From positions 248,001 through 312,000 of the forward strand of contig MU004239.1 of NCBI GenBank assembly GCA_010405405.1: 64,000 nt of DNA, read 5' to 3'. Origin of the DNA: Microthyrium microscopicum. Its lineage: Eukaryota. Both the position numbers and the translations under genes were made by a program. A model generated the notes under the pieces. That model was not told the DNA's origin. It did not search any database and saw only the letters and a list, made by a program, of their open reading frames with translations. Below, in pieces: positions 35,854 through 50,112 of the stretch (the first letter of the stretch is position 1; each line of letters starts with the position of its first letter).

Positions 35854-37910
35854 GATTGAATAAAGGAGAATAGAGCAAAGGGAACTGGAGGATTGTGGAG
35901 TGTAGAGAGATTGATCGCAGGAGCGAATGCGGAAGACAGTCGCATAGGAGGTGCAAGAGTCAAGGCGGGGCAGTGGCGGATCGTGGATCGTCGGGCTATA
36001 ATTCAAGTGGTTGGTTTTAAGCGAAAAGGGTATATTTTCCTGTGATTGCTATGATACGTAGATAATGTAGATATTTCAGAAGATGTTGTTTTAAAAAACA
36101 TGTATAAATTTGGTAGGAACCAAGCAACCGGTGCATGAAGCTGTGCCGAGTTTCCGTTGACGGCTGGGAGAGATGTTGAAGTAAAGGCGGCGCTTTGAAG
36201 CAAAGGTTGTTCGGAGTCGGTTCCGTAGCTTAAAGGGTAAATTCGAGCCACTCGGCCAAAGAGCTGGGCGCTTTGACAGGGCAGCCACGCCGTTGACACT
36301 AACTTTATCGGGCATGATTGAGTTAAACTTCAGGCAGGAACGGCCCAAGAATGAGGCATATTTTACTGGAAGGCACGACGGCTAACTACTGCATAGGGGA
36401 AGTACTCCTGGTATCGATTTCCGAGTATGGCAAGCACAATCAAACATCAAATGAGATAAAGAGAGGCAATGGAGGAAGGCACCTGGGTGCAGCTGACATC
36501 TGGACCGTGATCGATCGCCATCAAGTCAAATAATGGAAAGAACAGACAACGACTGGTTCAAAGTAGTAATGAAACTGTCTATCGTATGTATCTCCTAATT
36601 TACTAGTCATGTCTTGTGTCTAGTTGTTGAAGCAGGATGCGTGGATGGACAGACGCAATGGGTACAAGATAAGATCGACTGCTCACCAGTCTCTTCACAA
36701 CGCACTTGATCGTGTCGATGGCATTTAAGTTATATGTACCCAGGCAAAAAGGCAAGAGATGCTGCAGGCTAAAATCGCCATCTGCAAAAGTATCAAAGAT
36801 GCATTGCCCTACGGAGAAGACTCCGATATGTTACAGGGGCTGGACCATGGCCAACCTTGCCGAAGATGCAAGACCCATGCCATCGGCTACCTCACCACCC
36901 CAAACTACTCTCCATATTTCCCGATCTTCCTCTCTCTCCTCGATTTATTGGCCTTGGCCACAACAACCGCCTTTCCACTTCTCCTCCACTCTTGTCGCTC
37001 AACTCGCTGTCTAAGGTCCTTGGCTGCTCACTATCCTCCATCACCTTGCAAGGTTAAAGCCCATCCCACTGACTCCCTTTGCCTCTCTTTACACTGCCTG
37101 TCACTTGCCCAATCTGCTTCGCGTTAAAGCGATTACTGCCTATCCGTATCTCGACCCTTCAGACTTCTCCCTAGGTCTAGCCAGCTAAGCCGTTTCAACC
37201 TTCTCTCGCCATCTCGATTGCACAACTCAATTCAGCTGTTATACTACCCGCTGACCTGTCGACAATCGATGCTAAACTAGCAATTTTCTCGCTGCAGCCT
37301 CGGGACGACCGTCTACGTCTCCATAATCTTAGCACTAAGCATGTAGCAGCTGCTTTCCACTCGCCAAATCTACCACTGCCTAGCACCCAAACGCCAACAA
37401 GAAAAAACGTGCCGCTCGCGTGCTTGTCTTTTCGCTTCTTTCTCATGCTAAAATAGCCTTCTTCTTTTGCCATCAGTTTACGGCGAGTACACGATTGTCC
37501 GAAACTGAAGGCCCTTTTATTTTCCTCCACCACCTATTTCTTACTATTACGCGACGTCATGAGCCAGAACCTCAACTGACTAGAACCCTTTTGTTTTACT
37601 ACCAAATTCGACAAGTTAGTGACTTTGTCGCCTTCTGTCTGCTCCCTTTTGGCTCAAAACTGTCCCATCAATATCTTCACCGTCTCCTCTTTCTGTCAGT
37701 GACACTACCGGCTTCGCCAAGCTGCTGTTTCTTTGACCACGCTCTACTTTTGCATCTGTACGTTCTGCTAGCCTTCTATTCTCCCTTGCGCTCTCGTCAT
37801 TAACCGATGCGCCAGCTCTCAACAGGTCAAATCTCTTGTCTCTATTTTATCAAGGCCATTTATTCCCATGCTGCCTGTTCTATACAACAGTCCCACCAAC
37901 CCAGCTCTTC

Positions 37911-39688
37911 ATGACAGACCTAAGTGACCGCTTTGCACGGCTGGGTCTCACCGAGTACTTCCCTAGCTTCGTTACAGAAGGTTTTGATACCTGGGAAACT
38001 GTCTTGGATATTACCGAGTCTGATTTGTATGTACCTCGTCCTTGGCATCTATACACCAATCACTAACTTTGATAGGACCTATCTAAATGTGAAATTGGGT
38101 CATCGAAGAGTAAAATTTTATACTCCTTCGTCCCTATCCGTATACTGACCTCAATCTTCCTCAGAAACTCCAGCGGGCTATAGCCGAATACAGAGGGCAA
38201 CCGCCGGATCGTGCTCTTGCGCCAGAATTGTCAAAGTCCAGTATCGATCCGGCCTGTAGAAGCGACGACTCGGGTACAGAAAGAAAAGATTCAGCACCTC
38301 GGGTGTCAAACTCCTCAGCCACTGGCTCAGGGAACCCTCCTGTCACCACTGGAACTAAACGAAAGTACCGTCGCCACCCAAAAGTATGTGTATTTCAACT
38401 TTAATATTATCAAGCTGATCACGTATGATTAAAGCCAGACACCAATGCACCTGAAAGACCGCCATCAGCCTACGTAATTTTCTCTAATCGTAAGTATCCA
38501 TCCCGTCATTTAATAGCCATATCGACCAAGTTTTTTTGTATTTAACTGTTCACAGAGATCCGTGAGGAACTGAAGGGTCAAGAACTCTCCTTTACAGAAA
38601 TTGCAAAGGTTGTAGGTGAACGATGGCAGGTTCTCAGCCCGCAGATAAGGGAGACTTGTGAACAGCAGGCAAATGCCGCCAAGGAAAGATATTATACTGA
38701 GCTGGCGGAGTATAAGAAAACTAGAGCATACGCTTCCTATCAAGAGTATCTACTAGAGTTCAAGGCCAAGCATTCCGTTCCGCGCACAGGTATTTACTTT
38801 CTGTTCTCTTTCGCTATCAAAGCTGATGAATCCATAGCCGATGGAAAGCGATCTAGACTTGAGAGCGAACCAAGTTCCATAGCTTCGTATACGACTCCCA
38901 CCGGCGAGCATCAAAATTCTATGCTCGAACGGCCATCGTCACATCAATCTGCGCCTTCTTTGTCTACGGGTGTCACACGCAGTTCTGGATCAAGCCCGCC
39001 AGGCGCAAATCACTCCGCATTCAGAAGACCTACGTCCTCCTCTCCCGCACTCCGCACCGAGCAATTGCACTCTCCCAGAAGAGCTGACGCATATTCCCCT
39101 GGCGCTGGTACGAATCCACCGGCGCAAGAGTATCGCGCTATCGGTATAGGGAGGTCGAATGCAGCGGATAGTTGGCACCGAGATACCGGTGTGCCTGCCA
39201 GTATTCCTTCTACTGCAAACCACTCTGGAAGCCATACCGGAAGCCAGGCCCCGTATCAATCGCGAAACACGGATACCTGGCAGTCGCGGGATGTAGATAT
39301 CGTCCAGCATGGCACACAGCATACTCATAACCATTTCCCTGCGCTCACGCGCCGACAATCACGAGAGTCGATATCGAATCCTCCGCCTCTCGTACGCGCC
39401 GGATCAACATTATCTTCATTGGAGAGCGTCACGCAACCTTCCATAGTGCCCAATCTCCTCCCAACGATCGAAGGCGCAAAACAAATACCAACACCTACAC
39501 GAACATTACCGCAACCTGTCGTCACGATGGCATCACGAGGGCCTGTAAATTTGGTCGAGGGTCATACGTTACCACCCCTGGTAGCTCCGATACGAGATGG
39601 CCATGGACAGAGAGCGGCGAATTGGCCGGCTCTACTGAGGGCTACTGAGCTGGCGAGGGAGGATTTGAATGATGGCGAGGCGGATTGA
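37911..39688 (+). CDS. SAM-domain + HMG-box protein; ~5 short introns
   Basis: LGLTEY..FVTEGFDTWETVLDITESDL..LNVKLGHRRKLQRAI (SAM); KRKYRRHPKPD.NAPERPPSAYVIFSN..LSFTEIAKVVGERWQ (HMG). Confidence 0.9.
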
Positions 39689-40219
39689 ACGAGCTTGCTA
39701 AACATGTGAAGGAGAAGCATACGAGGGAGAAGATGCTCAAGGATGAACACTTGTGCGGAACAAGATGAGGTCGAGTATGCAGAAAGATATGGATTAGAAG
39801 ATCCCGCGAGTCCAAAGAGTGGTTGTCCATAACGCTACTCTTGGCCTCATATTTCGGTTTTTAGCGCATCATACATGCTGCTCTTGATGAGAGATATACG
39901 ATGATTACTGGATGATATATGCTCGAAATCATTGAGCGTTCCCATTTTGGAGATTGTCTAAATATAGATATATATCAAATGTCCTGCGGAGAACGAGAAA
40001 TCTAGACATGATGAGAAGGACATTTAAAGTTGTGAGGATTAACAGTGACAATATTATATGCTTCTCTACGATTTTCAAAAGTGTCTAACATGATCAATAT
40101 GTGTTAAACTAGCAGCAGATATAACCCATTTTCATTCTTACTCCAGCCATATATTGGCATTTCCTTCACCACCACATCACTTACGCTACTAGTGTCTTTA
40201 TATTACTCTTCCCTCGTAT

Positions 40220-43200
40220 CTACGGATTCCAAACCGCTCCTCCATGATAACTAGCAATCTCCTCCTTCGTAATCCCACTCCTCTCACACATGCCACTAAA
40301 TATCCCACCCGCCTCAAACAACCTCAACGGATTATCCACCTCCGCAATACGCCCCTGATCCATCACCACAATACGATCATACGAGATAATCGTCTTCAAT
40401 CTATGCGCAATGCAAAGCAGCGTCTTACCCTTGAAGGCCGTCATGATCGTATTCTGAATCTTCTTATCCGTCTCAAAATCTACAGAGGACGTGGCTTCGT
40501 CGCACACGATGATTTGTGAATTTCGCACAAGTGCGCGCGCGAGTGCCATCATTTGCCGTTGGCCGAGGGAGAAGTTTAATCCTTCTTCTTCGACTGTGCT
40601 GTCAAGATGCAATTTGCCCTGCTTTTCTTCGTCGCCTGTGATGCCCTTTGCTGCATCGGCGGTGGCTTGTTTGGAGGCGGCGAGGGCGGTGGCGGCAGTT
40701 TGTACATTGTCGCTTTCTACGAGATCGGCGGCGCGGAGCGCGTGCCAGAGCTCGAGGTCGGTGTGTTCGCCAAAGGGGTCGAGGTTGGAGCGGATGGTGC
40801 CGCGGAAGAGGGTGGGGTCTTGGGGAATGATGGAGAGTTTTGTGCGCAGGTCGAGGAGGCCGATGGTGGAGATGTCGATGTTGTCGATTGTTATGGAGCC
40901 GCCGGAGATTTCGACCATGCGGAATAGGGTGCTCATGATGGAGGATTTGCCGGCTCCGGTGCGGCCGACGATGCCGATGCGTTCGCCGGGTTGGACGTGG
41001 AGGTCGAGATCTTTGAGGACGAGGGGGAGACCGTCGCGGTAGCGCATTTGGACGTGGTTGAATTTGATTTCGCCGCGTTGGGGCCAGGATTCTGGGACGG
41101 GGGCGAGGTGGGCGGGTGCTTCTTCGTCGAGTTCGGTGGCGTAGTAGTGGAGGCGCTCGGTGGAGTTCATGTTGTTTTCTACTTCGGCGAGTTGGCGGAC
41201 GGTGAATTGGATCATTTGCACGATGGAGAGGATGTAGGAGAGTACGAGACCGCCGATGGATGGGTTGATTGAGAAACGACTCGTGACGACGAGGAGACCG
41301 ACGGTGAAGACGAGCAAGTTTCCTATACAGTCGAGACGGATGGATAGCCAGCGCTGGTTGGCGAATGTGAGGAAGTAGATTCCATTCATGCCGTCAATGG
41401 CATCGCGGACGCTTTCGCGGAATCGATCCTCAAGACGATAGGCGCGGATTGTGGCGACTCCAGAGACAGCTTCACTGAAGCGTGAGAAGACGTATGAACG
41501 CTCGACAGCTTCGTGACGCTTGATTTCACGGGCTGAAGATCGATAGTAGGCGGCGGAGAAGCAGAAGCCGATGAAGAGTGGTCCTAGTGCTACGGCAAAG
41601 TAGTGGAAGTAGGCGATGATGAGCGCGAATACACTTATGATCATGCCGAGGGTCATGAAGTACATTCTCATGGCATCAGTCAAATTGTTGTCCATGGTAT
41701 CGATATCTCGAGAGAATCGATTGGTGATACGTCCAAGTGGCGTGGTGTCAAAGAATGACATTGGTGCTCTTAGTACTCGGCGCATGGAATCTCGAAGCAT
41801 GTGTTTGCTAGCCTGGGTTCCGAATACTGAGAGTGATAGAGAGTATAAGAACATGAATAGAGATTGACTGGCTCCAAGGGCGGCATAAACTCCAATCTGA
41901 TAGTACGGTTAGATCATCACTTTCAAATCGGATTGGCAAACTTACGTATACTCCTTTGGAATAGCCCCATTTGTTTGCAGTCCACCAAGAAAGCCAAAGA
42001 CTGGTTGCAATGTTGGAACCTTGAGTGAGTACCAAGAGCACAAATACCAAAGGCGCAACCCAGTATCCGCCAGCTGCTTTGACGTAAGCTCCATAGACTC
42101 CCCAGCCTACAGCCTTGGTCTGTCGTTCTTCGATGGTCATGAGAGCAACACCCTTTTTCGCACCCTTTGTCGTAGCCTTCTTCTCTTCTTCAATCTCATC
42201 ATTAATTTCTTCTTTGACCTCTTCCTCCTTTTCTTCTTGGCTAGTGCTAGACATGAGTTTCTGGAACTCTTCGCTCGTAGCCATAAGATTGTTGAAAGTA
42301 TCAATAGTCTTGATATGGCCATCATCCATCCATATAATTCGGTCGCAACGATTGAGTACGTGTAATTGATGGGTAGCAAGGATTCGGCACTTGCCCTTGA
42401 GTAGACCACAGATGGCATTGTCCATGATGTGGCGTCCAACATGAGCATCGACAGCAGATAGAGGATCATCCATCAGGACAATGTCCGCGTTGAAGTATAT
42501 CGCTCGTGCAATGTTCAATCGCTGTTTCTGACCTCCTGAAACGGTGATACCACGCTCACCAATCTCAGTCATGTCGCCATTTGGAAGCATCTCCAGATCG
42601 GGCCGTAGTGCACAAGCATCGACAACAGTATCGTACCAAGCCTGGTCAAATTCCTGTCCAAATACAAGGTTGTCGCGCACTGTAGTATTTTGAATCCAGG
42701 CATATTGAGGACAAAACGCGCGACTGGCACCCATCATGATTCGACCTTCAGTTTTGCGCATGTCACCAGCCAATGCCGCAAGCAAAGAGGATTTGCCGGA
42801 GCCGACTGTACCAATAACTGCAACGAGTTCATCTCGGCCTATACCAAAGTTCATGTCGTGGAGTTTGTATGGTTCCAATTCACGCGTAGAATCTTCGTCT
42901 TCCTTTTCACCTTTTGCCTTTCTCTTCGCGGCGTCCTTGTCGGACTTTTTGACAGCTTTGCGTTCGGCTTTGAGCGCTTTGGAGGACATTTTGCCTCTAC
43001 CTGGCTCCTTGTCAGGATCTTGAGTTGGGGCACGTTCCCAAGTAAAGCTGGCGTTCTCCAATGCAACAGCGTTCTTGTTCTCATAGTCCCACTCAAAATC
43101 TTCACTGGCTTCTTCGGCGAGGAGGAACTCCTGGATTCGGCGTACTGATGATATAGCGTCAATGACTTGTCCAAGTACCAATGGCAAGAAGTTGAGGGGC

Positions 43201-44796
43201 ATTCGAAGGCCGTTGAAAAGAGCGAGAGACGAAAAGATTGGTGCTGGATTGAGCTCGTGGTTTGACACAGAGTAAACGATGAATGCAATCATCGAGGCAA
43301 ATACAGGTACTGACATGGAAACAGCATTGATGGCGTTTCGTGTAGCCAGCAATTTCTGGATTGAGAAAATCTCACGTTTTCGAATTGCGAAAATTCGATC
43401 CAGAAACGACGCTTCCCAACCAAAGAACTTGACGAACCGAACAGATTGCAAAATCTCTTGAGTCATCGTAACACGTTGATCAGTGACTTTGTTGATGCCG
43501 ATACGACGCTTGAGTAATCCTCGAATCGCCCGAGCAAGGATTGGCATGGCAATGAGGAGAAGTGCAAAACCAGCAAGAGCACTGTACGTCAAGTTGATAA
43601 CCAAGAGTACCAATGCAATAAGGATCTGAATTGGGGCAGTCCAAAGCATATGGAAGAAACCAGAAGCTTGATCAACACGATAAGTGTCCACAGACATGAG
43701 ATTGATGATTCGACCATTGCTCCAGCCTCGACCGTCGCCGAGAATACCGGTTTTATCGGGAAGTTCGGCCTTCTTTGTCTTTTTCTTGAGTAGTTTCTTG
43801 TACCATTTTCTTTCTTCTTCGCTACCAGGCTTGATGTGTGGAGGGGGCATCTCAAGTGATTGGCCACCGGCTTTGGCTCTGCCAGATAGGCGCATAGCCT
43901 TGTCGAAGATGACTGTCATAAGAACAGCACGAAGTTGACCACCAACCATCATACCACGATAGAGAAAGTGATTACCGCAAAGAGATGAGGCAACCTGAAG
44001 AACCAGAATTCCAACCACAAGGCCAATACCACGGGATAGTGGCGGAGGTGCTCCGCCGTCGAATTTAGCGATATATGCATCTTGAGCAAAGGCGATGAGA
44101 AATCGTAGAAGAAAAGGGGACACAGTCTGAATGACTGATGACATGAGCTGGCAAGCACCACCTAGCAAAAATTCGAATTTAACAGTGTCGTAAAGTGCTC
44201 CTAGGAGCGGCCGCTTATCACCACGATCTAGGCGAGTCTTGAATGAAGCGTTGAGTTTGGTGGCTAATACTCGTGATGCCCGGTCAGGATTGACCAGGTA
44301 AAGATCGTTTAGTTCCAGCGTTCGCTTATAGCCAGTCTAAACTTTGGTTAGTAAATTGTTCAATCACTTGAAAAGGACTTCGTGGAAGCTTCTGCAAAGA
44401 ATGCAATGTTGCTGGAATTAAGAGCCAACTTACAGTCATCACCGGTTGAATCCATTGGAATATTAGTCTGCTGACCCAGTTGGCAGTATACTCTCTTGAA
44501 ACCTGTCTTTCTTTGGGTACTGGAGGAGGATTCCGCTTCAGTGGATTGAGTCGTCGAGACCATTTTTGTTTGGCGGGTTTTGATTGGATTGAAGTAGTTT
44601 CGTACATGATCTCAGAGCCCTTGGATGGCGAGCGAGAGAGTTGTCGTGACGAATTCTCTTTTTCAAGGCTGGTCATGATTTCCTTCTCGTCTCCATCTGC
44701 TGGAGATGCAACTGGCTCATCTTGAGCAGTAGTATTCGCCCCAACGGAAGGGTCGTTGGACTCCCACTCCTTCTCTGTTTGGCGTGGATTGCTCAT
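40220..44796 (-). CDS. YOR1: ABCC/MRP-type ABC transporter, Yor1-like; introns 44337-44433, 41897-41945
   Basis: TMD-NBD-TMD-NBD architecture; Walker A GTVGSGKSS and GRTGAGKSS, signatures VSGGQKQR and FSLGQRQ, DDPLSAVD / DEATSSVD. Confidence 0.92.
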
Positions 44797-45273
44797 GGTG
44801 GTACACACTTGTGCAGATCGACCTGAATGCAAGGGATCGCAAATGTGAGGTACCAGCTATGGGCAAAAGAACAATGGAATCTAATTTGTTACGGATGGGA
44901 AGCAGGTACTCGTGTAGTCTTTAAAGCCTCAAGCAAAAGCCAACCAAAGAATCGGTCTCGGCCTTTCCAGGCTTGCAACACAACAGGCTACAGGAAGCTT
45001 GAAAAAAATAAGGGTCCTTGACGGCTATCCAGCTATTCCACGGCAAATCGTGCATGGCAAAGGCATGCTCTAGGAGCGGATCTGGTAATCAAGCGACTAC
45101 GCTTCTTGTCAAACCAGGTCGCAATTGGATCTGGGGGAACGAGAAAAACGGTTTGTGGCTTGCAGCTCTGGCGTTTTTCCCACCACCATCATGAATCACT
45201 CTAGAATTCTTGCCTCAATTTCAACTAGGTAATCCTTGTTAGACAGGCCAGATGAATAGCTACTTTTAAACTG

Positions 45274-45385
45274 GGGCGATGTTATTCGGCCACCCCAAAA
45301 ACACTATTCGACCACCCTAAAATTACTATTGGGCCTCCTTTGTAATTCCGATTAGCTGCTAGTCCCAAATAGGAAATAAATATAT
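45274..45385 (+). repeat. Left terminal inverted repeat
   Basis: Matches the reverse complement of 48069-48180 at 106 of 112 positions. Confidence 0.95.
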
Positions 45386-48068
45386 TTTCTTACTATATAT
45401 TTAGCTTAGCTCCGCTAAGCCCTATAAGTTATAGGAATATTACCAAAATCCTAACTTTATCTCTTACCTTTAGCAAAATTCTACTACTACTCTACTAAAA
45501 TCTACTAATACTTTAATCTACTACTACTATATTAAATAGCTATTAAATTTCCTCCTAAGGATAGCAAATTTTACTTCTTTAAAAGTGCTCTTAAGCATAT
45601 ATAAAATTATAGTAAATAATATAGTTATGCTATAGTTAAAAAGTGATCTAAAACTAAGGAAGGTAAAGATACTCCCTACGTTTACTACTATAAATATAAT
45701 TACCATAATAACTACTCCTTAACGTCTCTTAGCATACGAAAGCCTAAAACAAAGCAAAAAGACTATTCCTTTAGGCTCATTATATAGTAGTAAGAGGACC
45801 TTTAGTTTAATTAGATTTAGAAGATTAAAACTAAACCTAATAGTTATAACTATCTGCTATTAAATAATCCTACTTTATACGCTTAATACTATTAAGATAT
45901 ATTAAAATTAATTAGTAGTAGTATAGCAATTAATAAATATATAGATTAAGGCTAGAAGATAAAGCGCATCTTTATAAAGCTTATAAAGAATAAATCTTTA
46001 ACAATAATTCTATAGGATATCTATAATTATTAAATATAATCTTAAATTAAATATTTAGCTAGTAAAATACCTATAGAGGCGTTAATTTAAGACCTTAAAA
46101 AGGATAAGGAATTAGTATATAAATATTTAGTTACGCTAGATCTTTACCTTAAATCTATCTTCTTTATTATAATTTTGTAGATAAAGCTTTATTATGCTTA
46201 TCTAAATATCTTATTAATAGATATAACCTATAGTACTAATAAGTATAAGATACTACTTCTTTACTTTGCTAGCGTTACTCTAGTAGGTAAATACTTCTCC
46301 CTTAGATTTTACTTTATATCTAGTAAAGCTAAAGAAGATTATATTTAGGCTTTTAAAGCTTTTAAACGTTATACGCGCTATAATAGTATTAAATTGCTAA
46401 ATATCATTCTTACTAATTACTATTAAGCCTTTAAGAACGCCCTAAATAAGGTATTACTAGCGCCTTAACTAATTTGCTTATTTTACTTAAATAAAGCTAT
46501 TAATTATTAGTTTAAATTGGCCTTTAAGACTAAGGAATATATAAAGGATAGTCCTAGTTATCTTAAAGTGGTAGAAGAGAAGGAAGCTACGCGTAATATT
46601 TAGCAAAAGGTTAGTCTTTAGCTCTCTATCTAAGTTAGAATACTAATAAATTACTAGGTAGTCTACTTCTTTACTAAGGATAAGCATAAAGCTACTTAGA
46701 CTAATTTTAATACTAAATATTCTACTTTATATCCTAAACTTATTACTTACCTTACTACTACTTAGATGCTATATAAAGATTAATTTGCTAGCTATTATAT
46801 TATTAATTTTAGGTACTTTAATGCTTAAATAACATTACTATTAGAAAGACTTTATAGTAGCCTTAAAAAGTAGCTTAAAAGTAGCAAAATAGACTTATAT
46901 ATAGTTATTAAATATATTAAGATTGCTATTAATACTTAGTACGCTAAAATAAAAGGTATTTTAGGTCTTAATTTAATTTACATATCTTATTACACTAGCG
47001 CTTTAGTAATACTAGTTCTTAATATAGATTTTAAGAATTTTATCTTAAATATAGCTCGTATTATAATTAGTAAGCAATATAAGAAATACGTTAATAAAGA
47101 TTCCTAGCTAGCATATCTTTATAAATGTACTAAAAGCTTTACTAAAATATATAATATTACTTACTCTTATATAATACAAAATTATCTTGCCTTTAATAAC
47201 GTTTAGTAGCTAGATTCTAGTAATGTTAATACCTATTAGTATTATAATTAATCTAAATCTAGTAACGCGACCTAGATCTCTTTAGGCCTATAATTTGCAC
47301 CTCTGCTAGTTCCTTAAGTTCCTACTATCCTACCTCTAGATATTATATGCGCTATAGGTTGTCTACGCGTAGGATAAGCTTTATCTTTAACTAATAGAAT
47401 ATAAAGCTTCTAGGAGGGAGAATTATAGCCTTTAGCTAGTACTATTAATAGTTAAATCGCTACTAAAGCTATAGATTGTAAGAATATTTTATAAGAAGTT
47501 ACTAAAACTATAGTTCAATGAGTCTATGAAGTAGTTAACCTTACTAACTCTCTACTACCATAAAAACGCTAAAAATAAGCTTTAGCTTGCTTACTAGTAC
47601 CCTTAAATAAGGTGCTTATAGTATATTAGGCTCCTTCTTTGTTTTATATATTATTTATATATAAATAGAAGCAACGTAATAATTTAGTAGAGGAATAGGA
47701 CTTACTATAGGCGTAGCTAGATGTCCTCTAAGCTTAGATTACTACTATGCATAGAGAGTGTAGATGAGGTAGAGGGCGTAGATCTTAAGGAGGAACTATA
47801 ATACTATTAACTTATAGAGGTAAAGGAATAGCTATAATAATATTATAGGGTTATAGAGGTAGAGGATAAGCTAGTTAGTGGCCTCTTGGTTGAATTTACG
47901 CTTTAAACGATATAATTATGGACTAAAATAGCTTTAAGATAGAGGAATTACTATGGGTAGTAAATAGTAATAAAAGTGCTTAGTTATGCTTTAAGATCTA
48001 TTTAAATCGTGCGCTAGTAGTAGGCGCTAGTAACCCTCCTAGTGCTAGTACTTATTACTTCTAGAAAT

Positions 48069-48180
48069 ATATATTTATTTCCTATTTGGGACTAGTAGCT
48101 GATTGGAATTACAAAGGAGGCCCGATAGTGATTTTAGGGTGGTTGAATAGTGTTTTTGGGGTGGCCGAATAACATCGCCC
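48069..48180 (-). repeat. Right terminal inverted repeat
   Basis: Reverse complement of the left TIR; followed directly by the TSD TTTAAACTG. Confidence 0.95.
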
Positions 48181-50112
48181 TTTAAACTGTCTCCCCAAAG
48201 GAGATAGGCAAAACGTGCAGCTCCGAAGCTTGTTTCGATTCATCATACAAACGTGTGCAAGGTTTATCTAGAAACTAAACAACACAACATCCCGTCAATC
48301 TTCAATAATTTTGACGATTTGCAGATATAGAGAGAGCTTGGGTCATACCCGCTTCAAGCTTAAAACCTTGTAATTTATCTATATTGTAATCGTTAGGGTG
48401 AGGCCTGTCACTGTCCCGACATCTGGATTCACAACCCAATTGTACAAGTGCCGAACAGCCGCTTCCAACGAGGGAGGATTGATGATCCACGCTGTCGATG
48501 ACACAACCACCTGGCTTGTCAACATGTTCCCCAAATAATCGCACACCTGGAATTGTGAAAAGTCAGAGTACGGAGTTGAGCCTCATGTTTCTGTTTCAAT
48601 TCAACAGCCATTCCCCTTGCAGCTTTGTCCTTTAACCAAAGAAGAGAAGATTGAATGCGCTCAACAGCTGATACTAAATGAGTACCTCTATGCTGCTGTA
48701 TAATACACAATCGATGATTCGTGGAAGTCGCTGCATATTTGGCCGAGGTAAGATATAGAAATAAGCTCACTACTCGCGCCTCGCTCCAGGTTTACATCCA
48801 CTAAATCCTCCTCCTCCTTTTATTATTACATCGCGTGGAGGCGTCAATAGTAACTGCAATATGCATCTACAGAACGGTTGTGCCTCTGCACATTTGAAGA
48901 GTGACGCCTGAACTCATGCAGCTAATGCGGAGCGGGATCGGCTCGATAATGCAGATGATATGATTTGTTGGAATACACCGCTCTGATTTTTAAGCTCATC
49001 GGCATTTGCTAACACCGATGGGATCGATTTTCACAAATTCCTCATTTTTACCCATTTGGGTAGGTCCAGCATAGGACAGCCGGCTGATGGTAATCTTCCG
49101 TTACCGCTTCGAGCGTTAGTTGTGAATATCGCGATCTTGGAATTGACAACGAGATTGATCATCGCATGGACAATCTGACGATTCTGAGGGTGATATCGGA
49201 AGCCAAACTTACTTAATTGCATTTGAGATTTTGATATGTGAATCTCAATCAGTGCGATATCGAAATACCGGGTCACAATACTAAGGCAGATTTGGTAGGG
49301 TGATTGCCCTGTCCATCCACTTTCCATCAGGCTGAAGCGCTTATTCGTATGAGATATCAGGCACACGTTATAGATACTTACGGAACACAATCGACATCAC
49401 ATAACTTAGATACACCTGCATGACTTTGTGACCAGTAGGAGTTTTTATTCAATTTCTAACCTCGGGTACAGTGGTCCAATACGATTTCACACAGAAACCC
49501 AGCTATCGACTCGTTTAGTCTATTCAGAATCCGATGCTCTCAAATAGGGGTGAAGAAAGTTCGTATACAGTCGTCTTCCCGTTCTTTCGAAATGTCCATA
49601 ATTGCTTATGCACACAGATGTCCCAGTGTATTTCATAGCACATTGCTTTCAGTGATTATCAAGCGATCTCTACTATTATTCAGCCAGACGGTGAACAAAT
49701 AGTATAGCAACCCGGCACGTTGGATTGAAACCTGTCGCTGCTAGTCAACGGAGCTTTCTTTTCTTTCGGAAGTCCCGAGATACAGATGATTCGGTCAATT
49801 TTACAAAATCCTTGTTCAACATATTTGGTTCGCGATACACCCACCAGCTCCAAGATCAAAAAAAATGCGATTACTGCCATCGCTGGTTCTGAGGAGTAGG
49901 TACTCCAACATCTATCGCACTCGAATAACTACGAATCTTTGATATCAAGGCAACATGAAGGTACGAAAACGAAGATATGCATTTTTTCTAGTTGATAACG
50001 AAACTAAACCTTGTTCCATAACTCCAACAGATTTCCTGCATGCATGCGCAAAGCTCGATCGCAGCAAGGTGATATGAATTCACGGATCAGAATACTCTAC
50101 ATGTATAATCGA

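Larger units (their letters stand above)
45274..48180 (+). mobile_element. Mutator-like (MULE/Hop-type) DNA transposon, RIP-inactivated, 2907 bp
   Basis: ~112-bp TIRs starting GGGCGATGTTATTCGGCCACCCC; 9-bp TSD TTTAAACTG (45265-45273 and 48181-48189); AT/TpA-rich interior with no ORFs; residual MULE motifs on + strand (D.TY.TNKYK near 46220; ILT...AFKNA near 46405; LIC..LNK near 46470). Confidence 0.92.

Noticed and set aside
45400..48060. AT-rich block as a centromere, NUMT or foreign DNA
   Set aside because: Bounded by TIRs and a TSD, TpA-enriched and carrying MULE motif remnants, so a RIP'd transposon explains it.
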